A stretch of DNA of 64,000 nt from Entomortierella parvispora E1425 (taxonomy: Eukaryota; Fungi; Mortierellomycota). The stretch's first letter is position 1. Every line of letters starts with the position of its first letter. Under the pieces are notes generated by a model. The model ran no database searches. It was not told where the DNA came from and saw nothing but the letters and a program-made list of their open reading frames with translations. Of this stretch, positions 10,820 to 23,743 are shown one piece after another. Both the position numbers and the translations under genes were made by a program. The stretch is from contig BQFW01000013.1 in the NCBI GenBank assembly GCA_020891255.1, positions 930,001 to 994,000 on the forward strand. Reading direction: 5' to 3'.

Positions 10820-13800
10820 TTATTGTTGTTGGCCACCGCCGCCACTACCATCGCCTTCAGCTTTGGAGTGGCCGCCTGCACGTTTCCCTGGGGTCAAAAG
10901 CGGGAAGCCAGACTGCGATGAAGAGAACGAAGAGTCGACCGAACCACTCGGTTGATGTGGCGTCTTTCTTCGCCCTTGACTATTTGGATCCATCGTTGAC
11001 TGGGACGATGTTGGAAGAGGCGGTAATTGAGCTGCAGGATTCAGTGGATCTATCGTGCTGGAGGCTGCAGTGTTGCCACTTCCTTGATTCAACGGATGGT
11101 GCTGAGGGGGAGACTTGTGGAGGGTTTGAATTGCATACTCTGACCCTTGCCCTGCGCCATACTTGGTCTGGGGACTGGAACTCAAGAGAGCGCCGCCTGG
11201 AAGGAACCTCGCCTTGGGTGTGGAAGATGCCTCAGAATCCACTGACCGAGACATTCCTACGATAAACTCGTGCTCGCTCGGTGACGGAAACGTCTGTCGA
11301 TCTCCCCTCCGAGTCGATGGAACAGCCACTCCTGCAGAACCCTTGGGCTGAGCTCTTGTCGAGGGTCCTTCTTTAAGCTCTCGTTGATTAAGATGTTGAT
11401 GATGTTCCTTCTGTTGCTCTTTTGTCAAGTGTGGCATTGAGGTCTTTGGGCGTGGTTGTTTTTGAAAAGTGCTGTCCTGAGAGAGAGAACGCTCTTGCAA
11501 ATGGGGTGCTTGAAATCTCGGATCAAAAGTAGGTCCATTGTTGGGGCGAACAAACGGCGTCAGCGGAGAGGTGCCTGCTGTTTGAGCCGAATGGTGGGTC
11601 TGGAAAGAGCTCCCGTAGTTCATATCGGATGGCACGAAAAGGGATGAGCTAGACGGGTGAGTGGTGAGCGAGGGAGGGGGAAGGGCCCCACTACATGCCG
11701 AGCTTGAACGAGATCCCAATCCTGGACGCTGTAAAGAAAATTGTTGCTGGTTGAGACTCTGAATACTTCCACGACGCTCTTCGTTCTTTTGGACAAGATA
11801 GTTTTCCACCACTTTGTCTATAAAATCCATCCCAAAAGAAGATCAATGTTAGACATCACAATTAATACAGACGGCGGATCAATGAGCATTCAACCAGCAA
11901 CTCACCAAGACCCAGAGCACTGGTGTGACGAGCTCCAACAGCGGCCAAAACGTTATGTACACTGTTCGTGATTGAGAAGGCGGGGTCTTTTGGACCAGGC
12001 GTTGGACCAGGCATCGCTGGTGGTTGTTTTGAAGATGTTCCCAATAGCGGAGTGGAGGCGTTATGGCTGCTGCTGTACTCTGATGGAATGACCACACTGC
12101 TTCGAATGGGTCGATGGTTAGGATTGGGCGAGATAATAACTCCTAGGTTTTGTAGTGAGGAGCGACCTTGCTCCATCAAGTGATCTGGTCTACCGTGGTC
12201 CTGTGGATAAAGGGGCCTATTGGAGGCGTATGTATCAATAGAGGCCCGATGGTAGGCATTGGTTGCATGGCGCTGCTGTGCTGCCATGATCCATTCTGCA
12301 TCCGCGACCGCAGGTGCAACCAGTCCATCCTTGTCCCGATGGGAAGTGATGAAATAAACGCCCAGAAACGTCATGCAGCATCCCGTCAAAAAATTAAGTC
12401 CCTTGTTAAAATCCATCTCGTCAAAATCGTTGTAAAGGATAGCCGATCCAACAATGGCGCTAGTGGTGAAAAGCACGAATTGGGTCGGGATAACCTGAGT
12501 AGAGTCGAATCGTTGAAGTGACTTGTTGAGATATTTGATTTGGAGAACCGCTGTTGTCACCAGGACAAAAACGAGGAGGTATGCGATAGGGTAGGTGAAC
12601 ATCTTGTAGAACGATAGGCTGAGAAGCGAGGAAACCCCTTTGGTCGAGAGAACTGTGTAACCACCTATTGTCACCAATATTGGGCACATTTGGGTCAGCC
12701 CACGATCCAGATTGCTTGTCTGCCAAAAGACAAACGCAACAAATAAAACAACAATGGTCCCTTACCAAAGATGGCGACAATGGAGAGGTCGATAAAAATG
12801 TACTGGCTGCCAATAGTCTCGGACAGGGAGGCGAGGACAGCGACCAAAACAGAACAGACAATAAAGTAGACAATAAACTGCGTCTGCAGCAGCGCGGCAG
12901 TCATTGCCTCGGGGGTCAACTTGATCTCGCTCTCCTTGGAGTTGATGACCACGACCACTGTTCCAATGATGGCAATTACGACACCAAACAGATCTCGACT
13001 TCGGAATGGTTCTCTGAGCATGAGGGGGGCCAAGATGACATTGCTGACCAATGCCACCGTGCCCAGTGGAGCAATGATGGAGGCCTGAGCATATCCATAA
13101 GCCAAAAAGTTGCCACATTCACCCAGGATCATCAAAATCATCCCTACCCACCAGGCCTTGGATCGAAGATAGTCCGTATCAGAACCAGATTGCACAGAGT
13201 CGCATTCGTCCTCGCCAGACCTATGTGGTGCAGGTGATAGGGTTTCGCTCTGTTCACTGGTATCGCTGTTATAGTTGCTGTGGCAACTGCGGATGCTGCT
13301 CCTGCTGCTACTCCGACTGCTCGGGTAGCTCAGATTGTCGTCTGAGGTTTCTGGGTATCGGGAAGCAACGGCAGTCGTAGGTCGACCTCGCCCGTGCCGA
13401 TGGTGGGAAATGACATCCTCCTCCTCGATAGTGAAAGGATATGCTGTAGGGGGTGGCAGCTTGGCATCCTCTTGTGAACTGGGCTGAAGCTGGTTGTGCG
13501 CGTACTTTTGGATATTGAGAGCGACAGAGATCAGAATCTAAGTGATGGTTCAACGGAGGAAGGAAGAGGTGCAGTAGATAGGGTAAGCATGGAGACTAGC
13601 AATCGGGGCTTGAGCTAACAAAAGAACATGAGCAGGTGTTTGTTCGAGGGGTGGGCAAGACACAACAGGCGGTAGGGGAGGACGAGGGGATTCATGTTCT
13701 CCAGCTTGCACCCACGGGGGGCAAGAGTCGACAAGAAAGTCAGGAAGCAGAAGAAAGGTTGTCTAAACTCACGTTTCCTGCGATGGCAATGATGACACCA

Positions 13801-14023
13801 ATGTACGAGTGGACCTAGACAGACAAGAGAAAAGGAATGAAGGGGACAAGTGGTTAGCACAGACAACGCCACAGCATGCTATGCGGAGGTGATGGGTCCC
13901 CTGCAGGAAGACAGGCCGACGGAGGGACAATGATGCCTGTGGTCGGGGAGCACAATTATCTCTTTTTTTGGTCTCATCAATCCCTGTGTCTGCATTTACA
14001 TTGATGTCCGGGAAGTCGTCCAT
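10820..14023 (-). CDS. NIPA-family magnesium transporter (DUF803, NIPAL2/3-like) with long disordered C-terminal tail
   Basis: Spliced N-terminus MDDFPDIN|VHSYIGVIIAIAGN|ILISVALNIQKYAH; WWVGMILMILGECGNFLAYGYAQASIIAPLG; QIKYLNKSLQRFDSTQVIPTQFVLFT. An alternative in-frame ATG lies at 14032. Confidence 0.9.
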
Positions 14024-14236
14024 GGGCCACATCCTGGTCTTTTGTGGAAAGCCGCCGGGGACGGAATGGAAAGAGAGGAAGGGGGATGGAGGAGAGGAGG
14101 GGGGAGGACAGCAGGTCCGGGTATATTCTCCAGTGAATGGATTGTCGGTAGACGGGAAGGGGGAAGGAGCGAAGGATGAGGAGAAAGAGTGCAGTGCAAG
14201 ACAAACGAAGGATTCGAGGGGACTCGAAGCTCTTTC

Positions 14237-14271
<35 letters not shown>

Positions 14272-14459
14272 TTCTTTCCCAAAGGAAGGGGTGACTGCCC
14301 CTTTGAGGGCGTCCATTGGACGGATCCGCACGCGCCGCGTCCCTCTTTTTCTCTCCTTCCTTTTTCGCGTTCTCTTTTGATATTTTTATTCGACTGTGTT
14401 TGTTTGCCAAGTTGCTTGGCTGGCTGTTCAGTCCTGTTTATTGCCTGCTCTTGAAATGG

Positions 14460-16223
14460 CTATTGCTCAAGCCCATGGACACGCACTCGATACAGGCACG
14501 TATGCTTGGCGTGGCCCCAATTCGACAGCACTCGCACCACAATCCCTGTCGAGATCTCGTCCTGCTTCCGTTCAGGGATACTAAACGTCTGGACGCGTTT
14601 CACGTTCCCGTCAGTGTTGTTTTTGATCTGATACTCAAACGATGTCAACAAAGTCGCCCCAGGCACCGGCGCGTTACCATTCCGCCAAATGCCCTTGATC
14701 GATGACAAGGGCACAGTCTTACCAGTCTCCTTTGAGTTCTGGTGTTGAGGAGGTGGAGGATGCATCTCGAAACTTGAACTCTGAGGTGGAGCAGATCTCC
14801 TAGGACCGGGCTCTGTCAATCGCCAGATCTCGATGTGTCTTGGTGCGCTGCCGATGTCTAGAGCAGCTCGATGGTCCACATGCTCGATCGTCACGTCTGT
14901 CACAGTGATCCTTCGTGAAAGTTGGATCCCAAGCTGGCCATGGTCACCCTGGAAGGCCCAGCACTCCCCAGCGAAAACACTCGGCTGCAGCGCTTTTTCT
15001 GGACTCTTGGACTCTAGGACGGTAGGTGGCGGTACGAGAAATCGACCTCCCAAACGTCCTAGAAGCGTCGGTTGTCGCAGCTGAACCAAATTGGCAAATG
15101 TCAGGTGAGGAAGCACCCGTCCGCCTACAGAATAAAGAGCAAAGTCCGGCTTTGCCACAATGTCTGCACCAAGGGCCTCTTCGATCATGTCGGTAATTGC
15201 CTTTGTTTCCAGGGTTGAAAAGATATTAGGCTTGAAAAGGGGAGCACGAAGATGATCCGGTTCCGATGGACCAGTGTTTCCGACCTCGAGTCGTTCAAGA
15301 ATTCGCTGTACATGTTCCAGTTTGTGTTCGAGATCTTGGACATACTGGAGTGTAAGGAGCCTATCGTCCTTTGCTCGCGGTCGAGTCATCCAGGCCCATG
15401 TCCACTCTTTTTGGAGAGACTGAGAAGAGTCTCTTTCGCCTCCATGGAGAGTATAGGCTTGATGATTGTGCTTCCGAGCCAAACTGAAGACAGTCACCAC
15501 AAAGAGCACGACAAAGAATGTAAATCCGATGAGAGGTCCTAGAGCGAGTCTTTCAAGAGGTGGAGAGCTAGCACGTTTGAAGGAGGATCCTCGGTGGCGC
15601 CGCTTTGTTGAATGGGTTCTTCGCGATAACCGATTCTTCTCGACTTTGGAGGAGGTATTCGCGTAGGCCAGTTCGCTTTCGTTTCCAAACTTTAGCGGTA
15701 GTTCGCTGTGAGGCCCGCGTGTGTGGCTCAACAGAGGAATATTTCTTGCTCGGGATGAAGTCGTCTGGACCGGCCAAAGACTTTTCTCCTCATTGGAATG
15801 AATGGCGAACCCACTGCTTAGTTCCAGTTCTTGCCTTTCCAGAAACGCGACCATGGCATCCTCATCAGAAAACGTGTTTCCGTCATCGTTAACGTCGCTC
15901 GTGCTGCTCCAGTCGTAAGCAGGACTGTCATCGATATCGTAGTGATGGTGAGTCTGATTGTTTGCGAAAGTGCCAAGTCGGGCGTACATTCCGCTCTTTG
16001 TATCCTGCACCGATACTCCAGTCGGATGATAAAGCTGATGGTTGGGTTGACGTGGGATGTGCAGGCTTAGTTCGTCGTGACATTGCGGAGAGGGTGAACG
16101 CGAAGGGGTCAAAGAAAATTCCTTCTTGAAGGTAGGCTCTGGAGTCAGAGTCGAGTTGCGAAGAAAGTAGCGACTCTGGGGAGCAAGAGTAGGAGGTGGG
16201 GTTGGAGTAGCTCGTCGTCCCAT
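14460..16223 (-). CDS. SUN-domain (Sad1/UNC-84) nuclear envelope protein
   Basis: Transmembrane segment LIGFTFFVVLFVVTVFSL, short coiled coil, and C-terminal SUN domain PDFALYSVGGRV...GECWAFQGDHGQLGIQLS...VTIEH...SAPRHIEIW...SNWGHAKHTCLYRVRVHG. The frame is open upstream to 16640, so the start is uncertain. Confidence 0.9.
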   Translation of the reverse strand: MGRRATPTPPPTLAPQSRYFLRNSTLTPEPTFKKEFSLTPSRSPSPQCHDELSLHIPRQPNHQLYHPTGVSVQDTKSGMYARLGTFANNQTHHHYDIDDSPAYDWSSTSDVNDDGNTFSDEDAMVAFLERQELELSSGFAIHSNEEKSLWPVQTTSSRARNIPLLSHTRGPHSELPLKFGNESELAYANTSSKVEKNRLSRRTHSTKRRHRGSSFKRASSPPLERLALGPLIGFTFFVVLFVVTVFSLARKHNHQAYTLHGGERDSSQSLQKEWTWAWMTRPRAKDDRLLTLQYVQDLEHKLEHVQRILERLEVGNTGPSEPDHLRAPLFKPNIFSTLETKAITDMIEEALGADIVAKPDFALYSVGGRVLPHLTFANLVQLRQPTLLGRLGGRFLVPPPTVLESKSPEKALQPSVFAGECWAFQGDHGQLGIQLSRRITVTDVTIEHVDHRAALDIGSAPRHIEIWRLTEPGPRRSAPPQSSSFEMHPPPPQHQNSKETGKTVPLSSIKGIWRNGNAPVPGATLLTSFEYQIKNNTDGNVKRVQTFSIPERKQDEISTGIVVRVLSNWGHAKHTCLYRVRVHGLEQ

Positions 16224-16818
16224 GGTAGCAAGCACGATGGCAGAGAGAAGGAGAAGGGGCTGTGGTAAGAATGAGAGGGAGAGAAAGAGAGCGGGTGGAA
16301 ATGAGGGGGTGTGGATACTTTTAAAAGTGAAGGAACTAGGTGAAGAATGAAGGATGGAGGAAAGAGAGAGGAAAAGAAAGAAGCATCCATGCAAAGAATA
16401 AAAGAATAAAACACTCGTCAAGAAGTCAAAGAACAAACGGCTGAGTTGGTGGCGCATGATGTACATCTGGTGATCGCGTCGTTCTCTCTCTTTGTCTCTT
16501 CTCCGCCCTCTGTCTCGCACCTCGGCAGCCCCTTTTGACTCCATGCGCATGCGCACATGGCTCTCTTGCCGTGCTGCAAGTGCTACAAATAGACGATCCG
16601 TCCGTTGTGCCCTGTTTCTTGCTGTTGGCGCCCTTTCCATTGTCTTTCACGCATGTTCTTTTACGGTCTTTGTATTGTCGGTATCAGCTTTATTATTTTC
16701 TTTTCTTTTCAATTTCATTATCAGGTATGTGGAGTAGATAGATAGATAAATAAGCGAGGGTGTACAGAGATTCTCTCGGTGGTATTGTGGTCTTGCTCCC
16801 TCATGGCTGTTCTTCTAT

Positions 16819-19039
16819 TTAGAGAAGGGCCACAGCGATGGTTGCAATACCAACCAAAGCCTGGATGGCACGCGTCGACACGGGCGAGAACTGGCTCGAG
16901 GCGCTGCTCGAGCTACCACCTGAACTTCCACCCGAGCTACCACCGGAGCTACCGCCAGAGCTACCACCCGAGCTTCCACCCGAGCTTCCACCAGAGGTGT
17001 TTGCAGAAAGCTGAGCGAAACCGATGCGTCCACCCGTGGCCGCGTTCGTGCCAAAGTCAAAGACAGAGTACACGTTGGTCAAGAACACATCACCGACCAA
17101 CCACTCCTGAATGGTCGCGATCGACCCACTTGGGTACATGACAGAGCTCATGCAGTACTTGTTGCCCTGGTTGTCTGTCGCCGCAGGTGGCTGCATGGCG
17201 ATAGCCGAGTAAGGAAGGTTGCCCGTGAATCCTCCAAACGAGAAGGACACGGTGGCACTACCTGTGCATGGCAAAAGCCAGCCATCAAACTGGGTGGTCG
17301 TCTATTTCATTTCCAAAAAAAAAAAAAAAAAAAAAAGGATCTGTCAGCGAAAGAAAACACATGCATTCCATACAGGACAAGGCGGTGCAAAGAGATTTAC
17401 CATTCGCTGTGCACCAGTGATGACACTGTTAATAGCATCCGACACAGTTTGGGGAACGAGCATGGCACTCGTGCCAGTATCAATAGTAGCCAAGGCTCCA
17501 GTGCCGACGTTGACACTTTTTCCGTTGACGGTGATGCCTCCCACAGGGATCTACAACAATACAATGACGAAACAGGAAGGACCGAGATTTTGGTTAACAA
17601 ACAGACGTAATATGCAACAATGAACGACCGAAAAAGGGTATATCTGTCCATAACCCAGTCGCTTACAGTCCAAGGACGATCGCCAACGCAGTTGATGTAG
17701 GTGATGTCACCCGTGTAACGAGCTGTGTCGGCGCCTCCAAAGGTGATCTCTCCTCCTGGAGAAGTATCGGCCTGGGTGTTTTGGTGCTGAAGCCAGATGC
17801 CCATCACCTTGTTAGTGAGCATGGTTCCGTTTCCAAGAATGTTGAGGAAGGGAATATCTCCCTGGCCAGGCGCGTACCAAAGACCCATGATACCGTCGAC
17901 TGTGGGTGGCATCTGGGCAGAGTCCTGTGTCAGTACTCCAATAATACCCTCAAACCCAAGCGACCCGAGGGTGTACATTTCCTAGAGGAGATGATAGAGG
18001 CCATAAGTCAACAGCTACAGCAGGCCCCCATTGATTTCTCATATCCAGATGGCTTACTTGGTAGTAGCGTCCTGCAATAGAGTCTCCACTGACATAGGAT
18101 GCATTGAAGGGGGCGGCGTTCATGAGGACGGCAGATCTAAAAAGATAAAGGTCACAACAAAGAGGTCAGCTTATCCATCCTTTCTCGCATTGCCTTCATC
18201 ATCATCATCAGAAAACGTATGTGACTTACGTGGAAGCTTGGGGGTTGTACTGTTGGGACACGAGACTGCATGCGGCACCCACACATCCGTTGCCAACAAC
18301 CCAGGTGATAGGACTTCCAGTGTCAATGGCCAAACGAAAGTTTTGGGCAGGAGTTCCAAAGCTGACCTGGACGGCTATTTGTCATATGGATCGTAAAAAG
18401 GGATCAGCTCAACGACAATACAGAAAAAAAAGAGGGAAAAAAAAAAAAAAAAAAAAAAGGGAGGGAAGCGACTTCTCAGATGCTTGGTCACTTACAATAC
18501 ATCATGTCGCCCTGTGAGTTGGTCAAAGTCAGCGAGGTCTCAGCACGCTTCCTGAGGTAGCGGTTCGTCAATGCAACTGGGTTCCTGATAGCAGCGTTGC
18601 TGTGCCCAACCATGGGCATACTATGTAGACGTAACAAAACAGCCAAGGAAAGCGAATTGCGGAGTCAGTCATCGAACGAACAAAGTCAACCCGGGGATGA
18701 GAGAGGGCAGACCGATAATCGTCGGCTGTCTCCTGGAATCAAAGAAGCAGTCAGTGATTCGACCGTTGGAGCAAATTTGTGCCTGAACCATTTTTTCGAC
18801 TCTCGGTGTGTCTGTGGGTCAGCCCGAATAAAATGTTCAGCCGCCCGTTCCTCCCCTTGGTATATTGGTCGGCATCTTGACGAGGTGTCAATGTCGACGC
18901 TGTCCTCTCCACATGGGTGAGTTCCATGAATGCGGTTTGCTCATTTGAATGTTTGTTCCGACACATACGTGATGACATTAGCCGAGGCAATGGCGGTCGT
19001 GGACGCCAAAGCCAGAACGGCGGCAAGGGAGAGTTTCAT
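16819..19039 (-). CDS. Secreted, probably GPI-anchored pepsin-like aspartic protease (A1, yapsin-like)
   Basis: Signal peptide MKLSLAAVLALASTTAIA, propeptide ending LRKR, two catalytic motifs (AIDTGS and TIDTGT), GDVFLTNVYSVFDFG, (GGSS)6 linker and hydrophobic C-terminus. Confidence 0.92.
16909..16995 (-). repeat. 12-bp coding tandem repeat encoding (GGSS)6
   Basis: gagct(a/t)cc(a/g)cc units repeated about 6 times inside the protease tail. Confidence 0.9.
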
Positions 19040-20033
19040 GACGAGAGAAGTGATATATATATATATTAAGTAAGGAGGGGAGAGAGAGGCAGAGAAGGAA
19101 GGGGAGGGTGGTAGAGGGCTCGGAGAAGAGTGCAAAGAAGAGGGAAGGATGGCCAGGGACTGAGGTCAGGGCCAGAGGAGGAAAAAGGTGGAAAGCTGAC
19201 CAACGCCTCACCCATTCCTTTTATAAATCGTAATTGAGCCTGCCCCTGGCCCCGAAGTGCGCTGTAGCCCTGTCTTCCTCTTTTTTCTTCTCCACCTGTG
19301 TTTTGACATGGGGGCGAGGAGCACAAGCAAGCAAAAGTTACAAAAGTTACAAAACAACGCACTGTTGTCATCGGCCGCCATTGGCTCTTAACAGCCAGGC
19401 CTTCTTGAATCTCCTTTTATTTTATGTTGTTGTTGGTGAAGCCATTGGTGTGTAGCCATTCCTGGCATTGACGAAGAGAAAGGTAGAAAGACACCTCCGA
19501 GACATGAGTGACGACGAGGGGAAAGAGTCCTGGCGTCGTTCAATCTAGAGCTCTGAAAGACATGAGGAAACGGCTCACTTGATGCACTGCCCTCTTCTCT
19601 GGGGGTATGAGCTTCGGCGGTGCCTCCAGAAAGAATGAACCTAAATTGGGTCGTGTTTGCCACCGACATCAATATAATGGGATCGAAAAGTAGGAAACAG
19701 GAGGACGGTCCCCTGGCAATCTGAACTGAACGAACACACGACCTGTTGCGCAAATTCCTCAATGCCAAACAAAAAAAAAGTGAGGTCATTGTACTTTTTC
19801 AGACACTGATTGTCCTTTATTTTCTTCGGTGGTGGAGAATAGTTGAAGCACTGTCACACTGAGAAAGTCTGGAAAAGAGTTCAGCCCAGTCTAACAGTCG
19901 GTTGGGCGCAACGATTTCCTTTTTTTTTTGTACAAACGGCTCGGTTTTCTGTCTTGTCTTCGATCCGGGTATATGAATGATGCCTTTAAGAAGTACGGCC
20001 TCCAAGCTCTTTCCAAAAGCTTGTCTATAGACT

Positions 20034-20800
20034 CTATCCAAACTCTACAATCTCCTCAAGACCATTGTCCAACCACTTTGGATTTGGCCACAGCTGTCAT
20101 GGAGAAGAGCGGGAGAGGAAGAAAAGAAAAGGGCCGAGCGTTGTTAGTTCCTCATGGTACGGTTAACATAATGAGATAGGTAAACCGACAATTCATCCAC
20201 ATTACCCTTGCAAAGACGCGCCCAAGAATAAGCCCTCCGCTGACAGGACCATACTGACGTGAGTCCAGAGAGTTACTGAGGTTATCGCCCGTCAACCAGT
20301 AATGACCTGGTGGGACCTGCCAATTTCACAAAGTTCTCTGTCAGTGACAGGTCTCCCGTAGATCTGATCTGTCAAACAGCATTCTTAGTGACTTACTGTG
20401 ATGTATTGCCTATGCATCGAGACGGGATCTATGCAGACCTTGTCCCCGGCAAGTCCAATGACGCGTTTGCATACATACTTGGAAGGATCTTCTGGCGAGG
20501 TTGCTACGACGAGGTCGCCTGTCTGTAGTTTAGAGAACCGTTGGGTCAAACGCTCAAAGATAACAATGTCTCCTGTCATGTTTAACGTCGGTAACATTGA
20601 AGGTCCAAAGCACTGTAGGTGGATTCAAAGAGGTTAGAAAAGCAAAAGAGCAGAGGTTGATCAGACGACTTCGCATTGTGATCACCTCTTGTGAAGTGGA
20701 CATGTCTTACCCATGTGACTTCGAAACCATACTGATTCACCAGTTGGACGGTGCATGCAACCTGGAGTACCAGAGCTGCGCTCCGAAAGTAGCTTGCCAT
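20034..20800 (-). CDS. IMP1: Mitochondrial inner membrane protease subunit 1 (peptidase S26), multi-exon
   Basis: GPSMLPTLN (catalytic Ser), [11 protein letters not shown] (catalytic Lys), [18 protein letters not shown], final exon [19 protein letters not shown]. Confidence 0.9.
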
Positions 20801-21319
20801 GACAGAATGAGGGTGAAAACGCCGATGGTCTGTGGGTTGTGCAAGTTAATGAATGCGTGCATTCAGCCCGGAAACGCACCGTGACCTTGCACAAGAAACG
20901 ATTGTCGAAATATCCATCACGTGCATATGGTCATGTGATGAGTTCATCTCGCCGCTCGCCGCTCGCCGCTCGCGTGGCAGAGCGTGCGAAAAATGGCTGG
21001 ACTCGCCTCTGTTTGTAAGCTGTTGTGCCACAAAGAAGACAATAGAGTGTAGCGACTGATGGCTCTTTGGGCGTGGGATCTTTTCTCTTCATGGTTCAGA
21101 AAACAGTTGGGGTGTGGCCAGGTGGATGGTGCTGTACCTCCGCTCTAGGTACATAGAAAGGAAAGAAAGGGGCAAATCGATCTCATCTCTCTGCTCGCTG
21201 TCAGAAACAGTCATGTTTTGCTCCTTCCTATCACAAAAAAAAAAAAAAAAAGTTGTCTTTTCTCATTCCTCTACCATTCAGTCCTCCTTCATTCCCTTCT
21301 CTCCTACCGACCTCGGACA

Positions 21320-23162
21320 ATGGCCACCTACAAAGAGCAGACTAGCATTCCCTCATGGGTGAACGATGTCGTTGCTGGAACTGTCGGAGGATGGGCACAA
21401 GTCATTTCAGGTACATTCAACCACCACCGCTGAAGAGCTACGCAGAGCTAGTTTCTACCTCCTTGGACCGTTCTTGCAAAAGCGACTACGAGCATGGATC
21501 ACGGCAGGGTGTTGAGAATCAGGAACCAGGAAAGGGACAAAGAAACGACAAAGAAGTCTCTGATAGCCGCATGAGAACCAGAAAAGGGACAAAGAAACGA
21601 CAAAGAAGTCTTTGATAGCCGTATGACTCAGGAGTTGGACAGGACTCTCTTCTTAATTGAGTACCCTCCGCCAAGTCTGAGAACACAACTGACCCTGGAC
21701 TCGCTTTCTTTGAAATCTTAGGCCATCCCTTTGATACGCTAAAGGTACGCTACTTCGCTACTTGGAACAGAGCTTGCTGAGGATCCTAATAGTCGAGAGA
21801 CTAATCACAGACAACGTCAACCCTCTGCTCGTTCTGAACATCATAGGTCCGCCTCCAAACTCAACCAAATCCACCAAAATATGCAGGTGCCATGGATTGT
21901 TTGCGTGTGACAATCCGGGAAGAAGGAGTATGTTTTGCAATTGAACCTGTAAAAAATCAAATTAGCCTGCTGATACATGTGGTTGCTTGTCGTACTCACC
22001 CTATTTTTACGTTTCCTTCTTTTTGACAGCCTTTGGGATTGTACAAGGGTGTCACATCTCCATTGATGGGCATTGGTATTTGGTAGGACGGCATTGGAAA
22101 AGACGTTGGCTTGATTTCCAGTATCTAAAGTGACTCACCCCGACCAGTCGAAAAAAAAAAAATTAACACCTCTTTTTTTTATGTCTGGATCTGACCTTCC
22201 AGCAATGCTGTCATGTTCGCAGCGAACGGTCATTTTAGACGCATGATGCAGGGGGGTGACGAAAAGAAGACCCTGACTCTCTGTAAGACTCTCTGGACGT
22301 GGATTACTGCGATCGAGATTTTGACAGTCGATGTGACAGTGTATTGACGACCCTGTTTTTTATAGTCCAAATCGGAAGTGCTGGATCCATGGCAGGAGGA
22401 GTGATGGCCTTTGTCAATTGCCCTGTTGAGCTCTTGAAGGTCAAACTGCAGACTCAGTACACGCCCGCTCCCGGTGCTGCCCCTATTGCTGGTGCTATGA
22501 AGCCCGTAAGACACATGTCTATCATCTCGCTTTTTTGCGACAGGAGTCAGTTTGGAATTGCCACTAACATCGTCACTTGCCAATAGTACACTGGAGTTCT
22601 GGATGCTGGCATCCGGACATTCAGACAGCAGGGAATTCGTGGTATTTACCGTGGAATGGGCATCACCCTGATGCGTGATGTGCCTTCGTACTTTACCTAC
22701 TTTGGTAAGAATTTAGGCGAACTGTTGTTGTTTTCCTTCGTGTGGTTCCATGTTGGAAAGTCACAATTATTAACGTTGTTGTTTTTTTATGTTCTTGCAT
22801 ATGATTTTCCTACAAAATCCGCAGTGACCTATGAGGGTGGAAAACGGATATTGGCTCACTTCAACCACGGTGGCCAGGTGGCTGACCTGACGACCCCCGA
22901 GTTGTTGTTGGCTGGAGGCATTGCTGGTTTTGGTGCATGGGTGCCCTGTTATCCTCAGGATGTGGTCAAGTCCAGGATGCAGAGCAATTTGAACTACAGG
23001 AGCACTTTGGAGTGCTTCCGATCCTTGCAGGCGGAGGCCCGTGGTGGCAATTGGAAGGTCTGGTTCAAGGGCTTTGGCCCCACCATGGCCCGTGCCTTCC
23101 CTGCCAATGCGGCGACGTTCTTCTTTTATGAGATGACCATGAAGTTTATGAGAGGCGAATAA
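21320..23162 (+). CDS. Mitochondrial carrier (SLC25; carnitine/acylcarnitine or basic amino-acid carrier-like), multi-exon
   Basis: Three PX[DE]XX[KR] signatures (HPFDTLK, CPVELLK, YPQDVVK) and RAFPANAATF; the substrate assignment is inferred. Confidence 0.88.
21523..21626. repeat. 52-bp tandem duplication in intron 1 of the carrier gene
   Basis: gaaccag(g/a)aaagggacaaagaaacgacaaagaagtct(c/t)tgatagccg(c/t)atga twice (21523-21574 and 21575-21626), 3 mismatches. Confidence 0.95.
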
Positions 23163-23743
23163 TAAGGTCATCCTGTTGGCCGTGCGCCTTTGCTCAATTC
23201 TTCCCTTTCATCCCCTTTCTTCTTACCCAATTCTTCTTACCCCGCAACTGATCTAAACTAGAGACGGATGTAGACACACAAAAATAGAGACTCTTTTGTT
23301 ATTTTTCTAGAAGATGTTTGTGGTTGGGAATTGGCTGCAGAAACGTTAGATACTCAGTACTCTTGCCGTTGTTGCTGCGTGGTGTGGAGGATGATGCTCA
23401 TTGCGCCTTGACAATTGGGAAAACACTCCGACCGATGGGGTGCTGCAGAGCGGGCGAGAGGAAAGGCGAGGGCGAGGGCCTGGACTGAATGAAAGAGGCA
23501 TTGAGCCAGAGAGCCGCCATGTGCAAGAACAGAGAAGCAAAAGAAAGAAGATGTCGTGTAACGCTCTAAAGAGAGAGAGGAAAAGAGAAGCCCGACATCT
23601 TTTTTGATTTCGTTGGGTCATAAAAAGGCGAGGGCCAAGGAGAAAAGAGAGGGCGGAATGTTTGTCCATTCTCTTCCCCATCCTCATTGCTCTTTTCCAT
23701 TCCTACCCTTCTCTCATTCCTCGCTCGAGTTTTTATTACAACG

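Noticed and set aside
19817-20041. 74-aa minus-strand ORF overlapping the IMP1 stop
   Set aside because: It falls in the presumptive IMP1 3' UTR, includes a poly-A-derived Lys run and has no recognisable motif.
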